Source: Calditrichia bacterium (GTDB lineage Bacteria; Calditrichota; Calditrichia; JAJRVZ01). From it: a stretch of DNA of 64,000 nt. The stretch is from contig CAWCNS010000011.1 of NCBI GenBank assembly GCA_963796965.1, positions 512,001-576,000 of the forward strand, read 5' to 3'. This document shows positions 42,951 through 54,000 of the stretch, in pieces. Below the pieces are notes generated by a model. The model saw only the letters and a list, made by a program, of their open reading frames with translations, was not told the DNA's origin and ran no database searches. A program made the translations under genes and the position numbers. Position 1 is the first letter of the stretch, and the number at the start of each line of letters is the position of its first letter.

Positions 42951-45900
42951 TTATCTGCGTTTTCTATGCGATATGCGTGGCCCGTGTCTCTCACGAATGT
43001 CAAACTCAAACAAAATACCAAAATAGTAGCGCCATTCATTATCATAGAAGACATTATAACGTTCTACATCATCTAAAGGATAAACCGCCTCCCAAAAAAC
43101 CCTTGTTGGAAAAAGATGATTAGAAAATACATTTAGACGTAACTGAATACCAATATCTTTTTTAAATCTATCCGCATAAATACCGTCCCCATCCCATGCA
43201 TCTCCCCAATCATAGAAAACACCCAAGTAGAGTTTATCGATATAAAGGTTCCAGATCTGCCAGTCTATATTTTGAAGAACTGGAAAACGGTAAGTAAAAG
43301 CTGGAAATGAATTTCTTGGTCCCACCAAGACTGAAGTAGGAATACCCTCTCATCCCCAATAAACCACCTGCCCACAAATAAAAGAAATCATCGACAGGAC
43401 GATCGATAAGACCGGCCTGTATTCTGATAGAAAACGAATGGTCTTTAAATATTGGCGCAGAAAAATACTCCTCCCAATCTAATTCAAAGCGATTAAAGAT
43501 ATATTTTTCATACACCTCAAGACCAACATTTTTACCCGTGTCAAAATCTACAAGAAAATCATTATTTTCCCATGTATATTTAAATTGGACGAACCGCCCC
43601 CCACTGGGATTGATAGTGTGATTTTTATCGTATTTAATGTGATCTGCCTGGGCCCGTACCTGAAGTGCTTTACCATTTAAATAGCGATAGCGAAAACTAA
43701 GAATGTCATTAGCAAAGGGATCAAACCATTGTAATTTGGCATGATAGAGACTCATTATATATGAAAAACGCCATTGGATCGCTTCCGGTAGATAAAATCG
43801 TAGCCCGGCTTGTATCTCAGTCAGATCAAAATTTATATCCTGATCAATAATTTCATAATCACGACCGGTTCTGACGGCCAGACTGTCTGTGATATTTTGA
43901 CTCAGATTATAGGCTTCAATAAACAAAGTTGGAAAAAATTCGCGGTATTCAAAGACACCATACAAATCATAATCCATATTCATATTCATATCCGCCCCGG
44001 CAATAAAGGTCATTTTGTCCAGTACATCCGATGCAAATAAGTAGAATCCTGGTTTAACAGTACCATAGTCAATTAACAACCTGGGCATTATGTGCAAACC
44101 AGTAAATTGTTGACTGTAGGGCCGCGCCTGCCAGTCAGGTAATTGTGAATCATCAAAATTTTTATCGGGTACAGTAGCCAGGTATTTATCATCATATATG
44201 GCTGACTTTGGCTCTACCGGAGCAGGATTATTTAATGTATAAATATGATAACCAAGATTGTCATAACCGGAGTAGACAATTTCATCCTTCTGGTTAACAG
44301 TCTGCCATCACCGCACCACCCGTTACATTGGTTAATAAGTCTACCTTACCATTGTCCAGATTTTTTTTATATATATTATAAATGCCGGTTTCACTGGAGG
44401 TATAATAGAGTTCATTTTTTTGCGGATGAAAGACCGGGTATCGTAATTCTTCTTTTCCGGAAAGTACTATTTCGAACGAGCGGTCATCAAAGTTAAAAAT
44501 GGCTATATCCCGGCCATAATCTATTGCTGTTCCCATTACGAGTTTCTTATCATCAGGTGACCATCGGGGATGATATACTTGTCTTCCATCGGGAAAAGGT
44601 TGTAGTAAACTAATTCGCCCGCCCCTAACTTCCACCTTCCTTGAGCCCTCATTCTTTTGAGTCTCACTCAAGAGGGCGCCACTCTCTGGATCCACATAAA
44701 ACGTTTCCCATGAGCTGGAGATAATGTCATCTATTTCGTATAAAAACAGATTGCTAAGACCATTGTTCTCCGTTACAAATGCAATCTTTTTTCCGTCATG
44801 GCTCCAGGAGGGATTTTTAGATCTCATCTGGCGGGTAAGACGTGTCGTTTTGCGATCTTCCAGGTCATAGATAAATAAATCACGGTACTTGGATCCGGTC
44901 AATCCCGCCGATCGATGAGCAGTAAAAAGAAGAGATTTTCCATCCGGTGAGATGGAGAGGGATGAACTGATCCCGGTGAGATTGATATTTTCTTTTTTAT
45001 CTTCAACAACATCATAGATAACCAGATGGTTTTGTCCCCAGGAATCGCTGCCTTTATTTGAGACATAGAAGATCTTTTCTCCATCAGGTGACCAGATGGG
45101 ATAAAGATTTGAGAATCCTTCGGTCTCAATGGCCTTTCCCTTAATCTTATTGGACAAAATAGTTTGCAACTTGTTCTGATAATTATTTTGTAAATCCGTC
45201 AACCAATCCTGGTAGAGGTCATCACCTGATACACCGGTTGCATTTTCCAGAGCACCATTAAAAGTAAAAACAGATATGTCACCGCTTTGCTTTGTTATTT
45301 TTTCAAGAACATTCTCTCCAAATCTGTTACAAAGATATTCCACGAAGGCAAAACCAAGGTTATAAGCAGATTCATTGCCCTGGCTATTCTTCCCAAAAAC
45401 ACCCATCTCATTATAGGAAAGCATTTTATCCTGAATAACCCGGTCACGCAATACCATTTCGCGATTGGGATCACGATAATCATAGCGTGCGCCTGTTGCC
45501 TGATATTGGGCAACTCCTTCAGCAAACCAGACTGGAATGGTAATCGATGAAATCGGATAAGAAACAATGGTGTTCGGAAATCCACGAACAACATCTTTCC
45601 GTCTTTCCGGCTCATAATTAAAATATTGAAAAAAACCATAGGGTACAGTACGTGAAAATTTGATTGATTTCTGAATCGATATCATATGTGCATATTCGTG
45701 GGTCACCACATCTCTCAACCAATTTCGGGTACCACGCATGACATAATCTAAATTCTGAGCCCATATTTCGACTTTGTTATCAAAGAAATAGGCACCTCCG
45801 TTGGAATAATCATCCGTATCCCGAATAATGAAATGAATTTTCCCCGATGGTCTATAGTCATACAGACTCGTTAAAGGCTCATGAATATCTTCTGCTATTT

Positions 45901-46081
45901 TTCCCACAAGTTTTGCAGTTCTCTCGGTACCATTATGGAAATGGATAAAAAAATGGTCGGTTTCAAATGATTCCCATTTCAATTCCGGATGGTTATACAT
46001 AAACGGATCTTGGGCATATAGCGTGGTAAAAAAAACGACAAAAATTAAAAGTATCTGTATGTATTTGCTAGATAAACTCAT
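42951..46081 (-). CDS. ~1040-aa outer-membrane protein: gluzincin-like peptidase domain + TolB/PD40 beta-propeller + C-terminal Omp85-like barrel; frameshifts near 44300 and 43320
   Basis: Signal peptide; THEYAH...WFAEGVA; repeated P.WSPDG motifs; GG..GMRGY and YFGILFEF barrel features; joins ORFs 44294-46081, 43234-44097, 42951-43328. Confidence 0.8.
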
Positions 46082-46086
46082 TATAA

Positions 46087-49032
46087 TTATTTAATTACCA
46101 TAATTTTAATAATCTTGAAACTAGATTCAGATGACGCGTTTGCCTGTACCCGGCAAAGATATACACCGGAAGCAACATCGGTTAGATCCCACTGTTGTTC
46201 ATTATGGACATTACCCTGCCCCGGACCCGAGAAACTGGCAACCATATCACCAGCCAGATCAAATATTTTTATAGTGACTTCGGCGTTTTCCTTTAAAAAA
46301 TATCTGATGGTAGTAAAACTTTGTATATTGGGATTCGGATAATTATAGACGCTCGTCCCAGGCATCAGTTCTGAATTTTCAGATATTACAGGATCCAGTC
46401 TTTTTTCAATAAACATATTTCTATTTGCCCGGTAGGAGGATTGGTTCCACCAAACAGATTGGGCATCAAAAGAGGTTTCCAATTGCCAGGCAAAAACCTC
46501 ACCCTTTGTATTTAGAGAATATATCTCAAGAACATCATCGCCATCCAAATCATTTGCGATTGAGGTAACATTAAGTTCTCCACCTGTCGTTGTTGGGAAT
46601 CCAGGCAATACATCACCTTTTAAATCTACAATTATCACCCTTCCTGAAGAAGTCGAAATCATTATTTCCTGTTTACCATCATTATTAGCATCAAAAACAA
46701 GAGGTGTTCCCACAAGACATTCACTCTCTTCAAGATGGAGGTTAAGTGGAAAATTCGAGACCATGCTTCCATTATAGTTTAGGATAAACATGGTACCCAT
46801 TGTGTTAAAGAGAATTTCATAAAATCCATCCCCATCCACATCAGCAAAGGAAGGATTGGAGATTACCGAATCTGGTAAAGATTTCTGAAAGGTTTTTCCA
46901 TCAGAATCGATAGCAAGTTGGTCAGCTGCTATAAGGGTGACGGTTTCGTTTTTTCCATCACTATTCAAATCTATAATCACTGGTGCAATTTTATCAACGA
47001 CCCCCTCACCAAGGCGAACAATTATTTCTGTAGAAGATAAAACCGAAAAAGAAGCAATAGGATCATTATATCTGTAAACGGAATCGAGTTGGCCATCCGT
47101 TAAGGTAAACCGCAAGATATCTCCATCCCTGGTTCCGATATAACAGTAAAGCCCATGAACTACAGGTCCTGCTGTTAACATGCTTTTATGTTGATAAGTA
47201 CTGATTGTGTCAAGAAGAGAGTCTGTATTGGAATCTGTAAATCCAAAGAAGTCAATATATCCATCAGGACTGCATGCTATAAGTTTATCATACTGATTAT
47301 CTGAATTCTCATCAGCCATAGCCAACGAAGCAGGAAAGGGTGTTGAATGATAGGCAGAAATGAGTTTATCAGGATAGAGGAATCCCTCTCCGTTTCCAGA
47401 TATAGCATAAATTGCTCCCGATGAGTCCGAAGTAAATATGACATTTTTACCATTGTATTCGGTAGAACCAACGATGGGATGGGTAAACGTTCCTTGAACA
47501 TCATTGGTTAGCTGGACGGGAAAACCCGCTTCAAAATAATCACGGGTATAGTTAAATGAAATATTTTCCTTATCATTATTTGAAAAATCTGAAAGAATGA
47601 TATGCGAATCGGCGTAATTTCTATTACTTCTGGTATTTGGAGCACTCGATACAGAAAAAATATTCTCATAAAGCGGAGCAGGATTGTCAGAAAACCAAAA
47701 ATCCAGCCAGGTACCTAATTCAGAGTTAAAGCCTGGTTCAACAATTGAGTATTCATAACCGATATCCTGCGACCCATCGGCTTCCTCAAGATCCACTGCC
47801 CGGTTATCCCGGTCATCATTAATTGCATTAAGATCTTTTTTCTCACGGATAACTTTTTGATCAACATGCCAGATCAAAACCCCCCAACCGGGTAAGCCCC
47901 AGTCATAATCATCCAGACTCAACAACACACCGGTCGAATCTGATACTTCAATCCTGTCGGGAAAATATGTTTTAAGAACTTCAAGATATGTTGGGAATAT
48001 ATCACGACCTTCAGCAAGCACAGCAAAAAGGCTATCAATATTCACATCACGATCACCTCTATTCTCAAGCAAATAATATTCATCACTATTGAGAGGGATC
48101 TTAATAATTGAGGGTTCTAAACGTTCTTCTTTTTGGAGGCGTCTTAAATACAGATTGTTTTGCGGGGTGTTTTTAATTGTCACCTCATCCCAATTCATTA
48201 ACTCCCGTGTAAAGGCACATGGCAGAGCAGGGGCAAGACCAAAAAGATTAAAGAGTCCGGAATCCATCAAACCAAACCGGCCAATTCCAGGTCGTTTTGT
48301 CGACGGGCTAAACAAGTCATACATACCCAGGAAACTTCCTATATTCGCAGCAAATATTCCTGTCAGGGCCAATTCAAATCCCGCCTGACTTTCGGTTTCA
48401 GGAAGTATTATCCCATTTCTTATAATGGTATTTCCATTATCAACTCTTATCCCACTAAATGTGTCCCCTAATGCTTTCTTTAAAAATTCATGGGAAATAA
48501 ACAAGGAAGGTATATCCTGGGGCGTTTCGTCAAAGCCAAGATCTATATCATTTCCAACCCCGGCATGAAAGATGGTAACCAAATCATAATCACCGAAAAC
48601 AATCTCTGGGTCCTCATCGGCAAGTTTTACGGCTTCAACAAAAAGCTTTGCCAAATAAAAATTATTTTCCTCTTCCGTTGTATTTGGATTATAATAACCC
48701 ATCGGTTCCGACATTTGATAAGAAGAGATTTGCTGAAGTGGAAAAACCTGGCCTTTAATTTGAAGATGGGAATTCGAGGCAGCCCTGTAATAATTATCCA
48801 CAGCAATAATCTGATCCTGAAAATAGCTGCGGTCATGAGGTGGTGGATCAATGGTATAGGGTGTTACACCGGAATCGTTTAACATGAACCGGCCATCACC
48901 CGTCGTCAGAATATTTTCTTCAGGCTGGAATTCAATTCTGATAGAACATAAATTTAATTTATCCTGTCCAACGAGGGAAGAAACAAATAACAAAACTACC
49001 ATAGCCGCAAAGATTAACTTACTTTTTTCCAA
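46087..49032 (-). CDS. Secreted M6 (immune inhibitor A)-like protein lacking the zinc motif, with FG-GAP repeats and a T9SS/FlgD-type CTD
   Basis: FHAG, GRFGLMD Met-turn, YYLLENR and GVLIWHVD retained; HExxH replaced by ANIGS; D.DGDG..E repeats; YNYPNP...IFDLAG...WD...VASGVY. Confidence 0.8.
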   Translation of the reverse strand: MEKSKLIFAAMVVLLFVSSLVGQDKLNLCSIRIEFQPEENILTTGDGRFMLNDSGVTPYTIDPPPHDRSYFQDQIIAVDNYYRAASNSHLQIKGQVFPLQQISSYQMSEPMGYYNPNTTEEENNFYLAKLFVEAVKLADEDPEIVFGDYDLVTIFHAGVGNDIDLGFDETPQDIPSLFISHEFLKKALGDTFSGIRVDNGNTIIRNGIILPETESQAGFELALTGIFAANIGSFLGMYDLFSPSTKRPGIGRFGLMDSGLFNLFGLAPALPCAFTRELMNWDEVTIKNTPQNNLYLRRLQKEERLEPSIIKIPLNSDEYYLLENRGDRDVNIDSLFAVLAEGRDIFPTYLEVLKTYFPDRIEVSDSTGVLLSLDDYDWGLPGWGVLIWHVDQKVIREKKDLNAINDDRDNRAVDLEEADGSQDIGYEYSIVEPGFNSELGTWLDFWFSDNPAPLYENIFSVSSAPNTRSNRNYADSHIILSDFSNNDKENISFNYTRDYFEAGFPVQLTNDVQGTFTHPIVGSTEYNGKNVIFTSDSSGAIYAISGNGEGFLYPDKLISAYHSTPFPASLAMADENSDNQYDKLIACSPDGYIDFFGFTDSNTDSLLDTISTYQHKSMLTAGPVVHGLYCYIGTRDGDILRFTLTDGQLDSVYRYNDPIASFSVLSSTEIIVRLGEGVVDKIAPVIIDLNSDGKNETVTLIAADQLAIDSDGKTFQKSLPDSVISNPSFADVDGDGFYEILFNTMGTMFILNYNGSMVSNFPLNLHLEESECLVGTPLVFDANNDGKQEIMISTSSGRVIIVDLKGDVLPGFPTTTGGELNVTSIANDLDGDDVLEIYSLNTKGEVFAWQLETSFDAQSVWWNQSSYRANRNMFIEKRLDPVISENSELMPGTSVYNYPNPNIQSFTTIRYFLKENAEVTIKIFDLAGDMVASFSGPGQGNVHNEQQWDLTDVASGVYLCRVQANASSESSFKIIKIMVIK

Positions 49033-49113
49033 GTTCTCAGACTCCGTTTTCGCCTCAATTAGAATTGTAGATATGCATAGTTTTTCATGGCCAGCAGTAA
49101 ACAGGACTGAAGA

Positions 49114-50196
49114 CTAAAATTCGATTAATACTGAAAAACGCATTGTATCCGAAAGTGGATGATCATCATTGGCGGAGATATAACCAAAATCAATACCAAA
49201 TATGTAATATTTTAATCCTGCACCAAAGGTTAAGAACTGACGGCCACCATAATTTGCATCCTCATAAAAATAACCAGCCCGCAAGGCTATAAGATTTCCA
49301 TACCAATATTCAAGGCCTACGGAATGTTGAATCTTTTTAAAGGCATCTTTTTCTACCCAGGCTGAATAAAAAATGGATTCGAAAACACCATCAGACCCCT
49401 CTTCGTTGCGAACAACTAACAACTTGTTCATATCATAAACTGCCGTAATTCTATTGAACTCATCATCAATTATTTTATATGCAAGACCCATTTTTATATT
49501 TGTTGGGAGAGGATCGGCCTGGGCCTCATCAATATAGGTCATTTTTGGACCGATGTTGGATAAATTAGCACCAAATGATAAGCGGTTACTAAATATATCA
49601 TAGGCAGGTACCCACTTTACACCGATATCAACGGCAAATGAAGATGACCGGCCATCCCTGTTCTCTGCCCCCACCTGCAAATTTTTATCTGTAAGATTAC
49701 TCTGTATATATTTAAGATTGAGACCTAACCCAAGATTTTCATTCAACTTTGTAGCATAGGAAAGTGTAACCGCATACTCGAAGCTGTCAAATGTACCAAG
49801 ATCATTACCATTTTCATCCGTGGCATGATTCTCCCCAAGATTCAGGTATGTGATACTGGCCCCGATCATTCCGATATCATCGATATAATATCGTGCTGCA
49901 AGAAAATCATACCAGAGATCACTAAAATTAAACTGGGGTAACCATTTAACATGCATCAAAGAAGCTTCTCCGCGACTTTCCGTTTCAGGATTATCATATT
50001 GGAAAGCCAGGCCACCGGGATTCCAAAAGATAGCCGTGGCATTTGTCGCTGTAGCCACACCGGCTTCTCCCATTCCGCCAGGACGTGCATCAGGAGCGAT
50101 TAAAAGAAAAGGTACCGCTGATTCACCTTGTGCAAACAGATTGGACATCAAAAGCAACGCCATCAGACTGATAATTAGCACATTTAGATTTTTCAT
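49114..50196 (-). CDS. porV: Type IX secretion PorV-family outer-membrane protein
   Basis: AVPFLLIAPDARPGGMGEAGVA, FWNPGGL, GANLSNIGPK..Y....DPLPTN, LRAGYFYE, FLTFGAG, PLSDTMRFS; RBS GGAGG. Confidence 0.85.
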   Translation of the reverse strand: MKNLNVLIISLMALLLMSNLFAQGESAVPFLLIAPDARPGGMGEAGVATATNATAIFWNPGGLAFQYDNPETESRGEASLMHVKWLPQFNFSDLWYDFLAARYYIDDIGMIGASITYLNLGENHATDENGNDLGTFDSFEYAVTLSYATKLNENLGLGLNLKYIQSNLTDKNLQVGAENRDGRSSSFAVDIGVKWVPAYDIFSNRLSFGANLSNIGPKMTYIDEAQADPLPTNIKMGLAYKIIDDEFNRITAVYDMNKLLVVRNEEGSDGVFESIFYSAWVEKDAFKKIQHSVGLEYWYGNLIALRAGYFYEDANYGGRQFLTFGAGLKYYIFGIDFGYISANDDHPLSDTMRFSVLIEF

Positions 50197-50211
50197 AATT
50201 AACCTCCATAC

Positions 50212-50259
50212 AAAAAAAAACCGATTATATCGAAAGATCTCCTTTCGCGTATAACCGGT
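50212..50259 (-). terminator. Intrinsic terminator inside the porV 5' leader (attenuator-like)
   Basis: Minus strand ACCGGTTATA-CG-CGAAAG-GAGAT-CTTTCG-A-TATAATCGGT followed by a T run ending about 5 nt before the GGAGG RBS. Confidence 0.7.
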
Positions 50260-50379
50260 AAACAGAAACCCAAACACATTTCGCTAAAGGCAGACCAATT
50301 CGTCTAAATACATTACGACTATGTAAAAAAAAGCCTTTAACAAACGGTGTATAGGCAACTCCTAAAAAATAGTAAGGAT

Positions 50380-50410
50380 CTAATTTACATTTGTAAATTA
50401 GTCATGTCAA
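50380..50410 (-). promoter_or_regulatory. Sigma70-type promoter overlapped by a 22-bp palindromic operator
   Basis: TTGACA (50410-50405), 17 nt, TAAATT (50387-50382); CTAATTTACA-TT-TGTAAATTAG at 50380-50401. Confidence 0.65.
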
Positions 50411-50637
50411 CTGATTTTATCTTTTAAACACCTTATAATGCAACGTGTTCCAATATTTTTAATATTTTTTTGCTTCATCAATAAGCATTACCGGAATATC
50501 ATCCCTGACTTCATAGATTAGTCGGCAGGTTTGGCAAATTAATTCATTCTCATCCGGCTTGTAATCCAAATTTCCCTTGCATTTAGGACAGGCTAGAATG
50601 TCCAATAGGTCCTTTTTTAACATACTAACTAATATCC

Positions 50638-51606
50638 TTATTCATTCCAGAAACCCATTTTAGAAAATTTCTCCATTCTCATCTCTAACAGTTTATCGAC
50701 AGGAATTTTTGAAAGTTCAGTTAAGGCTTGAATTATTTCAGATTTTACTATTTTTGCCGCACCTTCAGGATCCCTGTGTGCACCACCTTCAGGTTCCTCT
50801 ATTATTTTATCAATGACATTTAGATCTAATAGATCTTTCGCAGTGACTTTCATCGCTTCCGCCGCTTGCTCAGCATTTGCTCGATCTCTCCATAAGATAG
50901 CAGCACAACCTTCCGGGCTTATCACCGAATACCAGGCATTTTGCATCATTAGAATGCGATCACCAACCCCAATACCCAAAGCGCCACCACTTGCTCCCTC
51001 ACCGATGACAATAATGATAATCGGTACAGGATAACGGGCCATCTCAAAGAGATTTCTGGCAATCGCTTCCGCTTGTCCTCGTTCTTCTGCTCCAATTCCG
51101 GGAAAAGCACCAGGTGTATCGATAAAAGAAATAATTGGTTTATTGTATTTTACCGCCATTTGCATTAACCGGCGCGCTTTCCTGTATCCTTCCGGATTAG
51201 GCATACCAAAATTTCTGTAAATATTTCCCTTTGTATCCCGCCCCTTTTGATGACCGATAATTACACAGGAAAAATCATCAATCATACCAATTCCACTAAC
51301 TATCGCTTTATCATCTGCATATAGCCTGTCGCCATGAAATTCTTCAAAATAGGTGCACATTTGCTCTATATAATCTAACGTATAGGGTCTTTGTGGATGA
51401 CGGGCTAATTGAACATATTGCCATCGATTCAATTGACTGTAAATTTCTTTCCTCAACTGCTCTGCTTTTTTCTCAAGTCGCTTAATATCATCACCCAGAT
51501 CAACACCTGTAGATGCGGCATATTCACGCATCTCAGTAATCTTACTTTCAAGATCAACTACCGGTTTTTCAAATTCTAAAGCAACTTTAATATTATCAAT
51601 TGGCAT
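50638..51606 (-). CDS. accA: Acetyl-CoA carboxylase carboxyltransferase alpha subunit
   Basis: [59 protein letters not shown]. Confidence 0.97.
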   Translation of the reverse strand: MPIDNIKVALEFEKPVVDLESKITEMREYAASTGVDLGDDIKRLEKKAEQLRKEIYSQLNRWQYVQLARHPQRPYTLDYIEQMCTYFEEFHGDRLYADDKAIVSGIGMIDDFSCVIIGHQKGRDTKGNIYRNFGMPNPEGYRKARRLMQMAVKYNKPIISFIDTPGAFPGIGAEERGQAEAIARNLFEMARYPVPIIIIVIGEGASGGALGIGVGDRILMMQNAWYSVISPEGCAAILWRDRANAEQAAEAMKVTAKDLLDLNVIDKIIEEPEGGAHRDPEGAAKIVKSEIIQALTELSKIPVDKLLEMRMEKFSKMGFWNE

Positions 51607-51614
51607 AATATCCC

Positions 51615-52341
51615 CTAATTCAGTCTACCGATGATACTTCTGAATTTTAATTTCCATACCATCCAAACAGCCTCACGAATAATTGCCTTTGACATTTTAG
51701 ATTTGCCAACGGCCCTATCAATAAAGATAATCGGTATTTCCTTAATCCTGAAAGCCTTTTTTCCATGCTTTAAAATTCATTTCAATTTGAAAAGAATAAC
51801 CACCCGATTTCACATTATCCAGATTAATTGTTTCTAGGACGACCCTTCTAAAACATTTATAACCGCCCGTTGAGTCGCAGAGAGGCAAACCAGTGACAAT
51901 GCTCGTATATCTATTTGCAAAATAGCTCAGGAAAAGCCTGCGCAGCGGCCAGTTCACAACATTAACACCGGTTATATATCGCGACCCGATTACAAGATCA
52001 GCCTCTTTGATAGCCTCTAAAAAATTTGGGATTTCTTTTGGGTCATGTGAAAAATCTGCATCCATTTCAAAAATAAATTCATAACCGTTTTGCAGGGCAA
52101 ATTTAAATCCTGCTACATAGGCCGTTCCTAATCCAAGTTTTCCTTCGCGTTCCAATAGGTATAGATTATTAAATGTCTCCTGCAAATCTTTTATATACTT
52201 TCCGGTTCCATCAGGAGAACTATCATCAACAATTAATATATCTATAGAGTGATTAAGATCCGAAATTTCCTTAATCATATTACCAATATTTTCAATTTCA
52301 TTATAAGTAGGGATAATAATTAATGTCTGCTTGTCATTCAT
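51615..52341 (-). CDS. Polyprenol monophosphomannose synthase (DPM1-like GT2); frameshift near 51745
   Basis: [53 protein letters not shown]; tail EIPIIF.DR..G.SKMS in the next frame. Confidence 0.88.
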
Positions 52342-52344
52342 ATT

Positions 52345-53247
52345 TTAAACCTGCTGTGATTTCAACAATTTTAAAGATTGATCAAGATCACCGGGAAGCC
52401 AATCCAATACATTACTCAGCTTGTCAAGATTGAAAGATGAATTCATGGGCCTCGGTGCTTTCTGATCCAATTTGCTTGTTGTAATTTCTTCTATTAATGA
52501 TGCATCAAGATCAAATATTTCGGCAATTTTTATCGCAAAATCAAATCGTGAACATATTTCGTTGCCGGAAATATGAAACAAACCATATTCCCGCTTTACA
52601 AGTAACCGATGAATGGCTTCCGAAAGATCATCAATATTGGTTGGATTTCCCCTCTGGTCATTAACGATTCGAATTTTGTTCCTCGTACTTAACTGTTGAA
52701 TGACCCAGGTTAAAAAATTGTTCCGTATATTTTTTCCCCATCCATAAAGAACCTGAGATCTCGCAATTATATAGTTTAATCCACAGTTATGTATTAACTT
52801 TTCTGCAGCCAACTTAGTATGCCCATAATACGAAACCGGATCTGTATCATCACTTTCTTTATACATACCGGAATTACCATTAAATACGTAATCTGTAGAT
52901 ACTTGGACAAATATTGGTGAAAAATTATTAACTGCTTCTAAAAGTAGTTCCACACTCTTTACATTTACTGCCCAACACTTGTCACGTTGTTCTTCGCTTA
53001 AATCAACATTGGTAAATGCTGCCGAGTTAATTATTATGTCAGGTTTATTCATATTAAAATAATCCTGAACACCCTGCCGTTTAGTCAAATCTAATTGATC
53101 GTATTGAGTAAGTGTTTTTTCCGCATTGAAATCTTCTTTAGATAAATCACATCCATATACATCAAAATCGTGGGCAAATCGTCTTACAAGAGATTGCCCC
53201 AAAAGCCCGTTTGATCCGGTTATTAGGATTTTAGTCTTTTCTGACAT
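52345..53247 (-). CDS. rfbD: dTDP-4-dehydrorhamnose reductase-like (copy 1)
   Basis: ITGSNGLLG, AAFTNVD, STDYVF.G, YGHTKLAAE, VNDQRGNPT, APRP. Confidence 0.85.
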   Translation of the reverse strand: MSEKTKILITGSNGLLGQSLVRRFAHDFDVYGCDLSKEDFNAEKTLTQYDQLDLTKRQGVQDYFNMNKPDIIINSAAFTNVDLSEEQRDKCWAVNVKSVELLLEAVNNFSPIFVQVSTDYVFNGNSGMYKESDDTDPVSYYGHTKLAAEKLIHNCGLNYIIARSQVLYGWGKNIRNNFLTWVIQQLSTRNKIRIVNDQRGNPTNIDDLSEAIHRLLVKREYGLFHISGNEICSRFDFAIKIAEIFDLDASLIEEITTSKLDQKAPRPMNSSFNLDKLSNVLDWLPGDLDQSLKLLKSQQV

Positions 53248-53536
53248 TATATAATAATTTGATATATTTTCAAAGTTTTTCCCATCAAAATTTAATTATT
53301 TTCGTGGGAAGAGAAATATACGAAGAATATCAGATAATTTTAATAGAAAAAATGTGTTTTTTGATTTTCTTCAGGAAAATCTTCAATTAGTTAACGGCTC
53401 AATTAATTTCCCGATAAAAAAAATATCTGATAATTGAACAAGGTAATTCTCTATCAATTATTGTGATATTCTGAACGGATTAGAAAGGTAAGTTAAAGAA
53501 ACACGAAATTGAAAAGCAATTTTTCTTTTATTTAGA

Positions 53537-53995
53537 TCAAATCTTCGAGCCTTGAATCTTGAACTTCTCTAATTTTGATTTTATTTCCACGTCATGAAGT
53601 GATAAGATCTGAGCACAGAAGACACAAGCATTTCTAAATCCTGCAGTCCCAACTGCAAATGTTGCTACGGGTACTCCTGCTGGCATCTGAACGGTAGAAA
53701 GCAGGGCATCTACCCCATCCATAATTCCACCCGGAAGCGGGACGCCTAGAACAGGGAGGTCTGTATGTGCGGCAACTGCTCCAGCTAAATGCGCAGCCAT
53801 TCCCGCACCGGCAATAATAACCTGATAACCATTTTTTCGTGCTCCTTCTGAAAATGCGGCAACTTTTTCTGGCGTTCTATGTGCAGATAAGATTTCCAGA
53901 TCAGCCGTAATATTAAAATAATCCAGATACTTTTTTGACTCATCCCAATATTTTAAATCTGATTTACTCCCTAATAATATTCCAACTTTGGCCAT
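53537..53995 (-). CDS. purE: N5-carboxyaminoimidazole ribonucleotide mutase
   Basis: GSKSD, SAHRTP, IAGAGMAAHLAG, GVDALLSTVQMPAGVPVAT. Confidence 0.96.
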   Translation of the reverse strand: MAKVGILLGSKSDLKYWDESKKYLDYFNITADLEILSAHRTPEKVAAFSEGARKNGYQVIIAGAGMAAHLAGAVAAHTDLPVLGVPLPGGIMDGVDALLSTVQMPAGVPVATFAVGTAGFRNACVFCAQILSLHDVEIKSKLEKFKIQGSKI

Positions 53996-54000
53996 ACTGT

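Noticed and set aside
50212..50375. Known riboswitch (e.g. c-di-GMP-I) or leader peptide upstream of porV
   Set aside because: No recognisable aptamer consensus; the 24-codon TTG ORF has zero spacing from its AGGAG and is unlikely to be translated
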